Shown here piece by piece: positions 13,596 to 26,874 of a stretch of DNA of 64,000 nt. Position numbers and translations under genes: made by a program. The notes below the pieces were generated by a model. That model was not told where the DNA came from. It worked only from the letters and a program-made list of their open reading frames with translations, and ran no database searches. Source of the stretch: Paraspadella gotoi (taxonomy: Eukaryota > Animalia > Chaetognatha); NCBI GenBank assembly GCA_051294375.1, contig CM119266.1, positions 4,886,742 to 4,950,741 of the forward strand, given 5' to 3'. The stretch's first letter is position 1. Each line of letters starts with the position of its first letter.

Positions 13596-16500
13596 TTTAA
13601 ATGTAACTCATGTTGCTGTTCTATCGGTACGTATTGACTCCCGAGCAGAGAAGAAAAAGTAACATCGAAAAGACATAATTAGTTTTCACTTAGAAATATG
13701 AAGAGAATTTAGCACCTGGAGAGCCATTATATACGGAGGAGTATTAACATCCGGGGTCCGTGAAAATATTCGTTGATCAAAGCAAAAAATGGTGGGGAAA
13801 CAACCCGTTGATGTTACTTATCTCTCTCTCTCTCTCTCTCTCTTTTTTTCTCTCTCAAAACACCACACCTCTTTTACTTCCGAGCATACAACATGATTGA
13901 TGCATTGATGCATGAGCTCGATGATAGATAACTCCAGTTGTACGTAAGTTCGTCAACAGAAAAAAGCCGAAACATCCTTCCATAGCCGTAACGGTATGAT
14001 TTTGGAGAAGACAGAGGAAGCAGGAGGAGAGAGACGAGAGCGAAGAGGAGCGGAAGAGAGAAGCGAGACGAGAGAGAGAGAGAAAGAGAGAGAGACGAGA
14101 GGAAGAAGAGAAGAGCAAAGCTTGTTTTGCCACCGACGATCGTCGACTATCTGTTGTTGACAATGCAGTCGTCCATTACACAACGACGACGTTAACGCAT
14201 CAGAGATCTTAAACAACGAAACTCGAACTCATTCGTCTTCCCTCGCCCCCTTATTGCTCAAATCGGACGGACAGGGCTCTTAGAATCGTTTCGGGTTTAC
14301 ATTACCATTATGTGGAGGAGACAAGAGAGAGACAGAGAGAGGAGAGAGGAAGAGAGAGAGAAGAAACAAGCCACGGAGACGAGAGAGCAGACAGAAGAGT
14401 GAAGAGAGAGAGGCGCAAACATTTGACCACAACTAACAGTGGCACACCAAGTATACGTAGTTCACGTGAGCCGGCGAGATGGTCAGCCAGGTCTTACGTT
14501 GCCTAGAAGGAGACGCAATCTTAAAGTGATTATTGATCATCTCTTCGGCTCTATTATGAACTTGACCTAATTAAATGTTTGTTCTAGGAAGTACTTTTTA
14601 AATATCCTGATCAATATGATTAATATTGAAATTTTGTAAAAAAAAGAGCTGGTAACGATTCTGGTTTCTTCCGCCTTACAGAAGGTGAAAGACGAACTCA
14701 TCGACCTAAGTTATTTTTTCATACATCGATTCGCCATACGTATTCACGATCAAGGCATCATGCGTTTAGATAATAAGTTGACAATTGAACACACAAAATA
14801 GCTTACATACAACGTATTGGTCAAAGAAACATATTGTCTTTCCGAGAGAAACAATCTTTAAACGCAAAGAATCCTAAAGCAAACCAGGATTTCACTAAAA
14901 AAAAAGAAAGAATAGATACTAAACGATATAAATCACGAAACAGTACTATATCATTTATGCACCTCCCATTTTAAAAGAGGCCACTCGATCTTCCCTCTTT
15001 TATGCCCAAACGCTCCATTTCCACCCCCCCTGCCCCCCTCTCAAGCCCCGCCTACCCCCCCCTCGCTCAACCGCCCCCCTTTCCTCTTTGTCCTCTCCGA
15101 ATGTGAGAACTATTTTTTCCTCCTTTTCAAAATTCTCCGTCCAACATAGTTGTCAGATATCCGTGAAACGACCTTTTCTCTTTATTTTATTGCGCCTCTC
15201 TCGCTCGCTTCTCCTCCGCTCTCTCTCCGCTCTCTCTCTTCTCGTCCCTCACTTCCGCGCCTTCCTCTCCCTCTCTCTCTCACAATCCTTTCACTTCTCG
15301 CGCTCTGTCTTCTCTTTTTTCTCTTATCTTTACCTTCTCTTTCTCTTTCTCTTTCTCTCCCACTCTCTCTCTCTCACATCCTTATCCTTCTGCGCGCTCT
15401 GTCTTCTCTTTTCTTTCTTCTTCTTTCTTTCTCTTCCTTCTCTTCTCTCTCTACTCTCACTACCACTTTCCTCTCTTCCTTTCTTTTTTCTCTCTCTCCA
15501 CCTCCTTTCCCTCATCTCTTAAATTCACTGAACACCCCCTCAGCACCGACCATCAACGATAACCACAAAGCCACCCGATTTTTCTTTCTTAATTTTCTCT
15601 CTTTTTTATTTGTCAGAAAATATATATTGTAGAGTCGTCTGTCTTGCTCTTTTATTTCTTACTCGTCCATCTCTGCCCTCTTTTCGTTGCCCCCCCTCAT
15701 TTCGCGCATTCTATCATTCACATCTCTTTTTTTCCGCATTATCTCTCTCGGTCCCCTCTTGTCAACGCTCATCTTCGTCATCTCTTTTTTCATATCTCTC
15801 TCGTCCCTCTTGTCAACGTCATCTTACTTTCATCTCTTTTTTTCCCATATATTCTCTCTCGTCCCTCTTGTCAACGTCATCTTCGTCATCTCTTTTTTTC
15901 CCATTATCTCTCTCGTCCTCTTGTCAACCTTCATCCTTCGTTCATCTCTCTTTTCCCCCATTATCTCTCGTCGTCCCCTTGTCAACGTCATCTTCGTATC
16001 CTTTTTTCCCATTATCTCTCTCGTCCCTCTTGTCACGTCATCTTCGTCATCTCTTTTTCCCATTATCTCTCTCGTCCCTCTTGTCAACGTCATCTTCGTC
16101 ATCTCTTTTTTTTCCCTAATTCTCTCTCTCGTCCTCTTGTCAACGTCATACTTCGTCATCTCTTTTTTCCCATTATCTCTCTCGCCCTCTTGTCAACGTC
16201 ATCTTCGTCATCTTCTTTTTTTCCCATTATCTCTCTCGTCCCTCTTGTCAACTCATCTTCGTCATCTCTCTTTTTTCCCATTATCTCTCTCGTCCCTCTT
16301 GTCAACGTCATCTTCGTCATCTCTTTTTTTCCCATTATCTTCTCGTCCCTCTTGTCAAACGTCATCTTCGTCATCTCTTTTTTTCCCATTATCTCTCTCG
16401 TCCCTCTTGTCAACGTCATCTTCGTCATCTCTTTTTTTCCCATTATCTCTCTCGTCCCTCTTGTCAACGTCATCTTCGTCATCTCTTTTTTTTCCCATTA

Positions 16501-17530
16501 TCTCTCTCGTCCCTCTTGTCAACGTCATCTTCGTCATCTCTTTTTTTCCCATTATCTCTCTNNNNNNNNNNNNNNNNNNNNNNNNNACGAAAAGAGGGCA
16601 GAATGGACGAGTAAGAAATAAAAGAGCAAGACAGACGACTCTACAATATATATTTTCTGACAATAAAAAAAGAGAGAAAATTAAAGAGAAAAATCGGGTG
16701 CTTTGTGGTTATCGTTGATGGTCGGTGCTGAGGGGGTGTTAAGTGATTGAAGAGATGAGGGAAAGGAGGTGGAGAGAGAGAAAAAAAGAAAGGAAGAGAG
16801 AAAGTGGTAGTGAGAGAGAGAGAGAAAGAGAAGGAAAGAGAAAGAAAGAAAAGAAAGAAAAAGAGAAGACAGAGCGCGAGAAGGAAAGGATGTGAGAGAG
16901 AGAGAGGGAGAGAAAGAGAAAGAAAGAGAAGGAAAGAAAGAGAAAAAGAGAAGACANNNNNNNNNNTTCGTTTTTCTCTTCTCAAGAAAATGTTTCTTTG
17001 ACGGAAATACGTTGTTGAAATTGTTCAAATGGTTAACTTTTATTAACCATAGTCTTGATTTAATAATTATGCGAATTATTATAAAAAAATAAACTTTCGT
17101 GAGATTTAGTTTTACTTCGTAAGAAAACAATGTTACTTTTAAAATTTAAATTAACATAGATCGGAATTAAAATTCGCTAGATAACATTTAATTAGGCTCA
17201 AGTATAGAGCGAAGAATGATAATAATCATTAATTCGTTCCTTCAGGCACGAAACCTGCTGACTCCCGGCAGAACTATATACTTGGGGTGCATTAGTTGTG
17301 CAAATGTTGCCCCTCTCTCACTCTCTCTCTCTTTCTCTCTCTCTCTCTCCCTCTCTCTCTCTCTCCACATAATGGAATGTAAACCCGAAAATTCTAAAGC
17401 CTCTCCGGCCTTTGAGCAAAAGGGGGAAGAGAGAATCGATTCGTTTTTATTAGGCGATTGTCGTTAACGGTCGGTTGTTATGACGACGATGTCAACACAT
17501 ATCGCACGATCCCGTGGCAAAAAACTTATT

Positions 17531-17566
<36 letters not shown>

Positions 17567-17634
17567 AAATCATCTTTACGGCTGGAAGATGTTTCGGCTT
17601 TTTCGTTGACAACTTCCGGTACAACTGGGAGGTT

Positions 17635-17670
<36 letters not shown>

Positions 17671-17927
17671 GTTGTTATGGAAGTAAAGAGAGTGTGTGTG
17701 TTTGAGAGAGAAAAAAAGAGAGAGAGAGAGAGAGAGATGATAACATCAACGGGTTTTTCCCACCATTTTTGCTTATCACGAATATTTCACGACCCCCGGA
17801 TGTAATACTCTCCGTATATAATGCTCTCCAGATGTAATTCTCTTCATATTTAATGAAACTATTTTTTTTCATTTACTTTTTTCTCTGCTCGGAGTCATAG
17901 ACATAGAACACAACGAGTACATTAAAA
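13596..17927. repeat. Large nested inverted duplication around a minisatellite
   Basis: ~15300-15686 is the reverse complement of 16587-16956; ~13596-14850 is a noisy reverse complement of 16967-17927. Confidence 0.85.
15740..16561 (+). repeat. Minisatellite, ~54-55 bp unit (ttatctctctcgtccctcttgtcaacgtcatcttcgtcatctcttttttccca), ~15 copies, runs into a gap
   Basis: Direct reading; one reverse-complement unit also at ~13557-13596. Confidence 0.95.
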
Positions 17928-18660
17928 GTTTTTCATTATCGTTTTTTTTATTTATTATTATTAATATTATTATTTTAAGTCTTTTTTTTCCCGCCGTCGT
18001 TTCCTTTTTATGGATGACACGAGTTTGACGAGACAACCGACTTTGGGGGAAACAACGAAAAACAACCAGACGCGCGGTTGTTTTGACGGAAAAAACGTTG
18101 AATCGCGAATGGATCGATCACTGGAAACGACGTTACTGACGGACGGACAGAAAGACAGACAAAAACGTCTTAAAGGAAAATGGGGTGGCTGAAGCCCAAA
18201 AAAAGCTCGAACGTGTGTTTATTGGCGCCCATTCCAAAACATTCCGCGCGGAGAGAGAGAGGGGGAGAGAGAGAGGGTGAAAGAGAGAGATAAAGAAAGA
18301 GGTAAAGAGAAGTGTAAAGAGAGAAAAGAAAGTAAGAAATAGTTAACCAAAGATGGAGAGTAAAAAAGGCATTTTCTCTATGATTCTTTTTCTTAAGGGC
18401 CTCATTACTTTTTTAGAAGGTGGAGGTATTTGGGACTTAAAGCTGATGCATTGACAGTATTTTGTGAATCTTGGCCAAGGTTTGGCTTTTAAATGGTAAG
18501 AGCAATTTAAGTTTGGACTTGAACAAATAGGCAAAAAAAAAAAAAAAAGCTGAAGAAAATGAATATAGAAAGAAGAGGCCGAAAGATAATACTAGAAAAG
18601 GTAGACTAAAGACAAGACTGAAACACAGGTCAGAAGGTTAGGCCCAGTGAGGAGCATGTA

Positions 18661-18817
18661 GCGAAGACCGGAAGCGAAGACCGGAAGCGAAGGCCGGAAG
18701 CGAACACCGGAAGCGAAAGCCAGAATTGTAACCCAGAATCAAAAGCCGGAATCGAAAGCCAGTAGCTTAAGCCAGAAGCGAAATCCGGAAGTGAAAGCTG
18801 GAAGCAAAAGCCAGAAG
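18661..18817 (+). repeat. Degenerate 12-13-bp tandem repeat (gaagcgaagaccg)
   Basis: Direct reading. Confidence 0.85.
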
Positions 18818-21352
18818 AGAAAACACGTAGGAGTCGGCGAGAGGCCGCGTTTCTCTGTCTCGAGGCCTTTTGAGTCTCTGACTCATCTTTTCCTCCATTT
18901 TGCTAAATTGCAGAATTTCTCTCATGGCGTCTCTCTCTCTCTCTCTCTCTCTTCCGTAGATAGGGATGCTTGGATATTTGTGGGGTGGGCGTGGCGATTT
19001 GGTGAGTTCTTTTCAAAAAGGTTAGGCGTGGTGGGTGCAAGAGAGACTATGAAATTCGGGGTTAAGGAAAAATGCGGCGCGAATTGAAAATATCCCTTCG
19101 CTTGAAAAAGTTAATCTCAACGAATCTGCTTAGGTTTCATTTTCCTTTTTCTCTCGACCTTTTTCTTCTATTTTTTTGAAAATGTAAAAGTGACTGGAAG
19201 ACCTTGATACACCCCAGACATTTACCTGATGATAAAAATAGTGATTGTCATCTGCATATATCACTTAACAAGACATAACATGCGCTATTTGGTCTGTGAG
19301 GCATTGGTAGTTAATAATACATAAACTGAGTACAACCAATATATTGTTCGTTTATTCAAAGAAACGAGCTATCTTGCCCCTTTGGACTGGCTGTATTAAC
19401 CCGTTGTGTTGAGGCTTCTCATCCTTTTGTTACTCTGTGCTACCTATTTAATTATTAACTCCGTCATACCAAAGATAACAAGCCCTGTTATACCTTTCTT
19501 TCCGCCCTGAGGGGGAGATACTTTTCAACGACCCTAAACAGAAGAGAGAGAGAGAGAGAGAGAGAGCTTCTTCCTTCTCTCCTTTATTTAATCCTCTCAA
19601 AAGCCGGTCAGTTCCCAACGCATAATCCCTTGCGACGCTCCAGGGATGTTTAATGTTCTCCCACCTAGAGGGAGAACCCGGCTTTTTTTTGTTACCGGGA
19701 ATTAAGGATCGGGGTTAGGGATGGAGGGAGAATTGGGGGGGGGGGAGGGAAAGAGAGGCCATTTTTTCTCAGAACGCCCCATTTTATTTTTTAATTTGGA
19801 ATTAGGATATTTTTTTAGTTAAAGATTGGATTCGGGGTTAAGGTTAAATATTAGGTTAGAGATTAGGATAATAATTAAGATTAGGGATTAAGATTAGGGA
19901 TTTGGTTTGTGATAAGGATTAAGGATTTATGTCAGGGATTAGCTTAATTAGCTTAATTATTTAAATAAGAATTTCTTAAATTATGCGTGAGTAAATTAAA
20001 AGTAAATGAGACCAACCGATAATGAATTGCTTCGCTAAAAATAGAAAATTTACAGTAATTTTAAGACTATGTAAAAAAAATAATTCCCTTAAGTTAAAAA
20101 ATACGATAAATATTTTTCCAGTAGGGAAAACAAAATAAAACGGACAAAACATTTTCAAAGAAAGAAAGAAGAAAACTTACTCCTCCTGTAGATAATGCAA
20201 TGCAATGCCCTAATACACTCCTGACTTTTCCTTTCTTTTTCCCTACGGTAGGTTTGAGGGTGAGTTGGTAAGTTTTTTTCCATCACGAGAGAAAAAAAAA
20301 TGTGGAAAGTTCTATCGCACATTTTTTTGCTGCTCGGAAAGAAAGAAAGACGTTTGTTGGGTTCCGAACAATTCATATTTATAACCAAAAAAAAAAATAA
20401 TAAAAGTCTCCCATTGAAAGCCTAATCTTCTTTTTTTTTTAATTTCTTTTTCTTACCTCTTTCAATTTATATCTTTTAACTTTTAAATATATTTTCACTG
20501 TTTTAAATTCGACTCCTCCTCCTCTTCTTCTTCCTCCTTCTCCTCTTCCTCCCATCTTCTTCTTTGCCTCTTTCTCATTGGATAAAAATTTCTTTCTTTC
20601 GTTTCTCATTGGATCTCCGAAAACGGGAGATTTAACCGCTGGTGCATTTTCCCGTAACATATTCTACTTTTTAATTTTACTTCATTTAACATAATGTCCA
20701 TTGACCGACAGACGGACAGAAAAACGTTCTAAGCCGTGTCAAAAAAAAAGTATTGTGAATAACCGAGAAAAAGCAGAAAATAAGAAGACAATGTGGGAGC
20801 TGGGGGGATGATGCATTTTTGATATCTCTTGGCTCCGTTCGATGCCTGACAGGAAGTAGTCAGCTCTTTTTTCTCTTTTCCTCTTGAGAAACAAAAAAAC
20901 ACAAAAAAAAACTGACGTTTCCTATTTTTATTAATTCTTAAAAAAACATGTTTCTCCCGACGCTTAAGTATAAAACGATTAAAAATATTCCTATGCTAAC
21001 AAGCTTTCTTCAATTTGAAAGCTTGCAAATTATAAAAAGCAATTCACGACTTCATTTTGAGTTTTGCTGCAAAGCTTAAACGACGACGACGACAACAATG
21101 ACGACAAACGCGACGACGACGTCGAAAAGTAAATTCTCCCCCCCCCACTTTTGGCGGCGTCCGCCCGTCGTCAAGGCAACCGCTTTATCAACGCCATTCA
21201 CGATGGCCAGACTTGCGACGACTTAAATCCTTCCCCCGATCAAGAAAAAAAAAACTTGCTCTCTCCTCCGGAACATTTTTTCCCTTGACCTTCTTTCTCT
21301 CCCCTTTTACTTCATTTCATTATTTATCTTTCACTTTTCAAATATTTTTTTA

Positions 21353-21525
21353 GCCATCTGTTCTTTCTTTGACATCTGTTCTTTCTTTGACATCTGTTCT
21401 TTTTTTGACATCTGTTCTTTCTTTGATATCTGTTCTTTCTTTGATATCTGTTTTTTCTTTGATATCTGTTCTTTCTTTACCATCTGTTCTCTCTCTGCCA
21501 TCTGTTCTTTATTAACTGTTCTTTC
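21353..21525 (+). repeat. 18-bp tandem repeat (catctgttctttctttga), ~9 copies
   Basis: Direct reading; source of the spurious SKKEQM ORF. Confidence 0.93.
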
Positions 21526-21885
21526 TTTCCTATCTGTTAGTTCTTTCAGATATGTTTTCCTCTTTCTCCCCTCGATTTCTTCTTCATTCTCTTTCTTCTT
21601 CATTTCTTTCATCTCTTCCTCTATTTCTCCTCTTCATTTTTTCTTCTTCATTCCTTTCCTCTCTTCCTCCCTCTTTTCTCTCTCCCTCCCCTCTCCATTC
21701 TCTCTCTCCCCCTCTCCCCTTGACCCGCGATGCCGAGCCACGAGCGATTAATCAACTCAGCGCGAGACTGGGCTACAAGCTTTAGCCCCCCCACCCCCAC
21801 TCCTCCCCCCATCCCTTTACTTCCCCCTGCTCTCCCCCCCTTCTCCTTGTCTCCCTTGAGTGCCTATAAAGTAATAACAAATGTA

Positions 21886-22340
21886 GTGGCGGTAGCGGGG
21901 TATGAAATACTACCGCTAAAGTGTGGTAGTGGGTAATGAATACTACCGCTAGAGTGGTGGTAGCGGGGTATGAAATACTACCGCTAAAGTGGTGGTAGCG
22001 GGGTATGAAATACTACGCTAGAGTGGCGGTAGCGGGGTATGAAATACTACCGTAAAGTGGTGGTAGCGGGGTATGAAATATACCGCTAAGGGCGGTAGCG
22101 GGGTATTAAATACTACGCTAAAGTGGTGTAGCGGCGGTATGAAATACTACCGCTAAAGTGGTGGTTAGCGCGGGTATTAAATACTACGCGCTAGAGTGGC
22201 GGTAGGTCGAGGGTATTAAATACTACCGCTTAAGTGGTGTAGCCGGGGTATGAATACTACCAGCTTAGTGGTGGTAGCGGGGTATGAAATACTACCGCTA
22301 CAGTTGTGGTAGCGGGAAATGAAATACTACCGCTACAGTG
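21886..22340 (+). repeat. ~35-bp palindromic minisatellite (gtggtggtagcggggtatgaaatactaccgctaaa), ~13 copies
   Basis: Direct reading; each unit has TAGCGG..GTAT-GAA-ATAC..CCGCTA dyad symmetry; no unique spacers. Confidence 0.95.
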
Positions 22341-22488
22341 GTACACCGCTACACCGCTTCAGTGGTACAAAACCGCGACGACTCGTCGGTTCTTTTGAGA
22401 GAAAAATAGCGACTGGGTTCACGATACATGCGTACTTTTGTGTAATACTATGTTTCTCCGTTTTTTTGAACTTCGATATTATTATTAA

Positions 22489-22489
<1 letters not shown>

Positions 22490-22550
<61 letters not shown>
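22490..22550 (+). repeat. (ATT)n microsatellite
   Basis: Direct reading. Confidence 0.95.
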
Positions 22551-22552
<2 letters not shown>

Positions 22553-22859
22553 TTCGATAGAAATTGTTTTATTGATAAGGTTTATATTTTTTTCTCCGTC
22601 ATTTCAATTTTTTTTTTTAAAATTCGAATCGCTAAAAATTATTTCTCCATTTAAAATATTCTCGCATGTACATTTACAAAAACAAAAATCGTAAAAACTT
22701 TCACATCTTTGTAATCCGATTTTAAGTAATATTCTTTTCTCTTTCCTTTTCTCTCTTCTTTCTCCTTTTCATTTTTCCAAAACTCGTCGCCACGCCCATC
22801 AACATCTGCCATCCATCTGCCATCCCTCACCACCTCCCCACTCAATCTCCACCCCGCAG

Positions 22860-22971
22860 CTGCTCGTCGAGGATGGCGACGGCGCTGACGCGTCGTCCTC
22901 CGCTCGCAGCGTCAACGCGCGTCGAAGCTACAACGCCATCGAAGACGAGGAAGAGTTGACGTCGCCTCAGG
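22860..22971 (+). CDS. Piezo: Probable Piezo exon, cytoplasmic loop (LLVEDGDGADASSSARSVNARRSYNAIEDEEELTSPQ)
   Basis: ccccgcag acceptor, G|gtcagt donor, 112 nt, phase 0 to 1, GC-rich island; phase-compatible with next exon. No conserved motif. Confidence 0.7.
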
Positions 22972-23823
22972 GTCAGTTTTATTTATTAAAATTATTAATT
23001 AGTCAATTAATAAATAAATTTAGGTTGAATGATTCATTATAAATAAGATTGGAGTCCGGATGCTTCCTTTTAATTAGTATTACGCAATTCCTAACAAAAA
23101 AAATGTCATTTTCCTTAAATCTCATTTGCATATTGCAAAATTATTTTCATGATTGAGAATAATCTTAGCGTTCATTTAGTTCATGACAAAGCATCGAATG
23201 ACGAATGTGTTATTGTAAGGCTGTAGTCCATTGCAATTATATTAAAAATTACAGAAATAAAAATAAATTTAATATTTTAATAATGGCCAAAAAACATATT
23301 CGCAACTTGATGGAATAAAGTGAAACGCGTCCTCTATAAACAAAAAATCCTAAATTTTCGTGAAAGAATCTAGATCTTTTAGTGAAGGACGTTTTTTTTT
23401 TTGCGTCCAAAAGAATTATAAGAAAAAATGTAACTTCGTCACCACTTCGTATAATGTTTTTGACTTTGACTTGTCTCCAGTGCTCAGTCCCGAGCCTGGC
23501 TAAAGAGAAAAGAGACCCCCACCCAATTACCATCCCACCTAAACCCCCTTATGAACCACCCGAACCGAAAACATCTTCGTCATTCTCTCATGAGACAACT
23601 CCTTTCTCTGTCTCATTCTCTGTCATCGTTTGTCAAAATTTAAAATAAAAAAAAAGACTTAATCTTCTCGGTTCGACGATCTCTCAGATAGAGAGACGCA
23701 CACATAGAGAGGGAGACAGAGATAGAATGAGAGAAAGAAAATTAGCCTTGGGGGGGGGGGAGAAGAGATTTTATAATATTCGTCTCCTCGAAAAATCGTT
23801 GCCCCGGAATTAATGAGTCTCCC

Positions 23824-23861
<38 letters not shown>

Positions 23862-24395
23862 CTTTCCCAGTTCAAAAGGCGAAAATATTTTTCGTTTATT
23901 AATTTACTAATGTTTGTTTTGACGAAATTAAATGAGAAGCGATGAATAGCGGGGAGGGGGGGGAGGGGGGAAGATCGATCGGTCGGTCGTTCGCGTGGCG
24001 TCGCGTTTATTGGTGGGGAAATTAAAATTAATTATTGAAATTGAAATTTTTTTTTTTAACCCATGAATAAAATTAGCTCAAGCAAATGAAAAGCTAACGA
24101 TTCTTTCAATAAGCTATCTTGACTCCATAACTTCTCTCTTACAAGTTAACAACTATAAAAGAATCTACATTTTGTTATTAACTCAAATATTATCCTCTCA
24201 CTTATGTTATAAGATGAAGGGCTTAACTCACCAAAGTCCGTCCAAAGACAAGAGGCGCGATATCCTATTTATTTATCATAAATAAATAATAAATAAATAA
24301 TTGTATCTGATATTGTTCATATAAATTTGAAAAGTTCAAACCCATGTACATTGGATGCCCTTTTGTTAATGTTACATTCCCTCTTAATTCCGCAG

Positions 24396-24485
24396 CTTCC
24401 TCCTTGGGGGCGTCTCGTCGATCGTCCGAAGTCGGTGACGTCACCTACTCGCGTCAAAACGCGACCAACATCGCGATGACTCCGG
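24396..24485 (+). CDS. Piezo: Probable Piezo exon, loop (ASSLGASRRSSEVGDVTYSRQNATNIAMTP)
   Basis: ttccgcag acceptor, G|gtaagt donor, 90 nt, phase 1 to 1; links 22971 to 33727 in frame. Confidence 0.72.
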
Positions 24486-24562
24486 GTAAGTTCATGGATT
24501 TATTTTGAAAAATTAAAAATGATAAGCTATTTTTTCCTTCCGCCCGAATTAAAAGCCCTGGT

Positions 24563-24805
24563 TTTTAGTTGCGCCGTAAGTACTCGCCGAGCAACTCTAT
24601 AAGTCGCTTTTCGGTCCGTCTGTCTGTCGGTCTGTCCGACTTACGTTAACTAACTCACTCATAGTTGGTTGCTAATTTGCTAAGACAGAAAAAAACCGCC
24701 AATCTAAGGGACTGCTAACGCCGCCTTCAGGAAATCTTAAAACCATAAGGAATAAAAGACGTAATTCCAATACACGGGCTAAGAAAGTCAGTGCAACACA
24801 TTGGA
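24563..24805 (+). mobile_element. Non-autonomous Helentron/DINE-1(HINE)-like element
   Basis: T-run then AGTTGC...GCAACT hairpin, ctataag, GTCC/GTCT microsatellite; body shared with copies at 37.4-38.1 kb and 39.3-40.0 kb. Confidence 0.55.
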
Positions 24806-26874
24806 TGAACCGATCTTTAGTTAAAAATTAAACGATTTAATATTCTTTTCTGATAGTTTTATTTGCATTTAAAAATCCCCGATTTTTTCACTTCACATTT
24901 AAAAAAAAATTAATCCGTCCCAGGTTCAAATCGTAGGCGACAAGTGATTTAAAATCGTTTATCCTTAAGTCGGAAACCGTTGGAAAAAAGGCTCGAGATG
25001 TCGCTTGAGTGTAGAAGGCGGAAGGGGGGGGGGAAGGGAGTAGAAGAAAGAGAAAAAAAAGATACAAATGGTTTAATGTGAAAAATGACTTGAATTTCTT
25101 CTCTCAAGAGGCGTGGGGGGGGTGCTGTGTGTGTGGGGGAGTTTGAAATGGATTCGCGATGAGGGAAATGAGTAAGAGAGAGAGAGAGAGAGAGAGCGCG
25201 ATCGAAGATTTGAAAACGGAAGGTAATTGACGTCGCAAATTTTAAGTCGAGATTCATTAGTCGCCGTGAATTTTTTTGAAGTTTTTGATATTATGATTTT
25301 TAAGGGAAAGTTGAAATAATATTTTGTCAATTCTGAGGAAAAAGTTAGCTTAAAGCGAGATAATAAAAAACAAAAAAACAAAAAAACAAAAAACAAAACA
25401 ACATCGAAAGAAAAAGGAGACATCGAGTGTGAACGCGGATAAAAGAATCAAAAGGAAAAAAAAGAACATCGACCTCGTTCTCACGGGCAAAAGAAAATCG
25501 GGAAAGGGAGCTCGCGGCGATAATCAAAGAATCAAAGATGGCGTCCTTTCTTTTGATGAGTTCCGATCATGATTTCCTCTGGCGGATATTTTTTTTTGGG
25601 GGGGGAGTGGTGGTTAAAGTTGAGGTGGTTTTGGGGTGGAAAAAGTGATGTTGAGGGGGTGATGTTCAAAAGGCGATACGGAGTAAATGTGAGACTGGAA
25701 GGAGAAAAAAAAAGATTTGTGAGTAACCCGACAGTTATAATCTCGATAAACGAGGGGAGGTAAATAATGAAAAAGAAACTAATTGTGTGAAAATAAACAT
25801 TGTAGGTGGCGCGGCGGTGGAGATCTTGCGTGGAGGAAGTGAAGAAAAAAAGGGAAACGAAAAGACGAGGAGAGAGAGAGAGCGCGAGCTGTGGCCGACG
25901 GCGGTGACGCTAACCAAAGGAAAGGATGAATTAAAAATGGATAAAATGACAAAAAAGTCTTGTTCGCTAAAAATAAGAGTAAACCAATGAGCAAGCAGAC
26001 GATCGAGCCAACAAGGAATTGCCATTCTATTGGTATTCCTGCGTGCACAAAGGGAATAGAAAACGGAGTAAAATAAAAAAATTGGAAAAAAACCGATAAG
26101 AAATATGTACTATTTTGCGTAAGACAAATACTGAAAGAAGAAATGAGAAGTCGTAAAAAGGAAAAAAAAAAGGAAAATAAAATAAGGAAAAAAATAGAAA
26201 AAATAGAAAAAAGAAAAAAAAGGAAAGACTATAATCAAGCGTTCGGTTCGCAGCTCGCGGTTTTCCCTTTAGAAGACCCGCGGGTGGGGCTGGGCATGGG
26301 TGTGCCCAGGTTGGGTGGAAGGGCCATTCCGAAAAAAAGGCGCCCCCCCTTTTTCTTCTTTGTATCACGTGACTCTTTTCGAGTTCTGGGTGAAAAAGGG
26401 AAGCCGAAAGAAAAGTGAGAATTTAGTCATTTGAGCTCCCAAAATGAAACCAATTATTAACAGTTCTGTGTAATTGATAAAAAGAAGACATTTAACAATC
26501 GAGGTACATATATATTATACGTACTACGTAAGATAAAAATACACCTACAGTGTATGATGGACCGAATAAACAGCAGTTGGAGAAGATAATCTCCACAATT
26601 TATGGATACAATAGGCGAGTTAACAAAAATAAATCGGTAATCAAATAAGCAATCATTCGTTCTCATTAAAGAAAATATTTTTTTAGTTTTAAAACAAAAT
26701 TAAAGGTTAATATCGAAAGATATTTAACAGATATTTAACAGTCAGTCCAAATAAAAACTTTTAACTTTGCCTATCTCTGATAAAATAATCCAATAACCGA
26801 AATTTCATTAACAATAAATAACGAAATAAAAAAAACAAAAAACAATCGATAAAGATAACAAAATAACGACAGCG

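Noticed and set aside
15610-16718. Long ORFs of 169-343 aa
   Set aside because: Translations of the 55-bp minisatellite; they shift frame between units and some cross an N gap.
21331-21612. SKKEQM-repeat protein
   Set aside because: Product of an 18-bp tandem repeat next to purine tracts; no other coding evidence.
21886-22340. Palindromic ~35-bp repeats as a CRISPR array
   Set aside because: Units are head-to-tail with no unique spacers, there are no cas genes, and the context is a eukaryotic intron.
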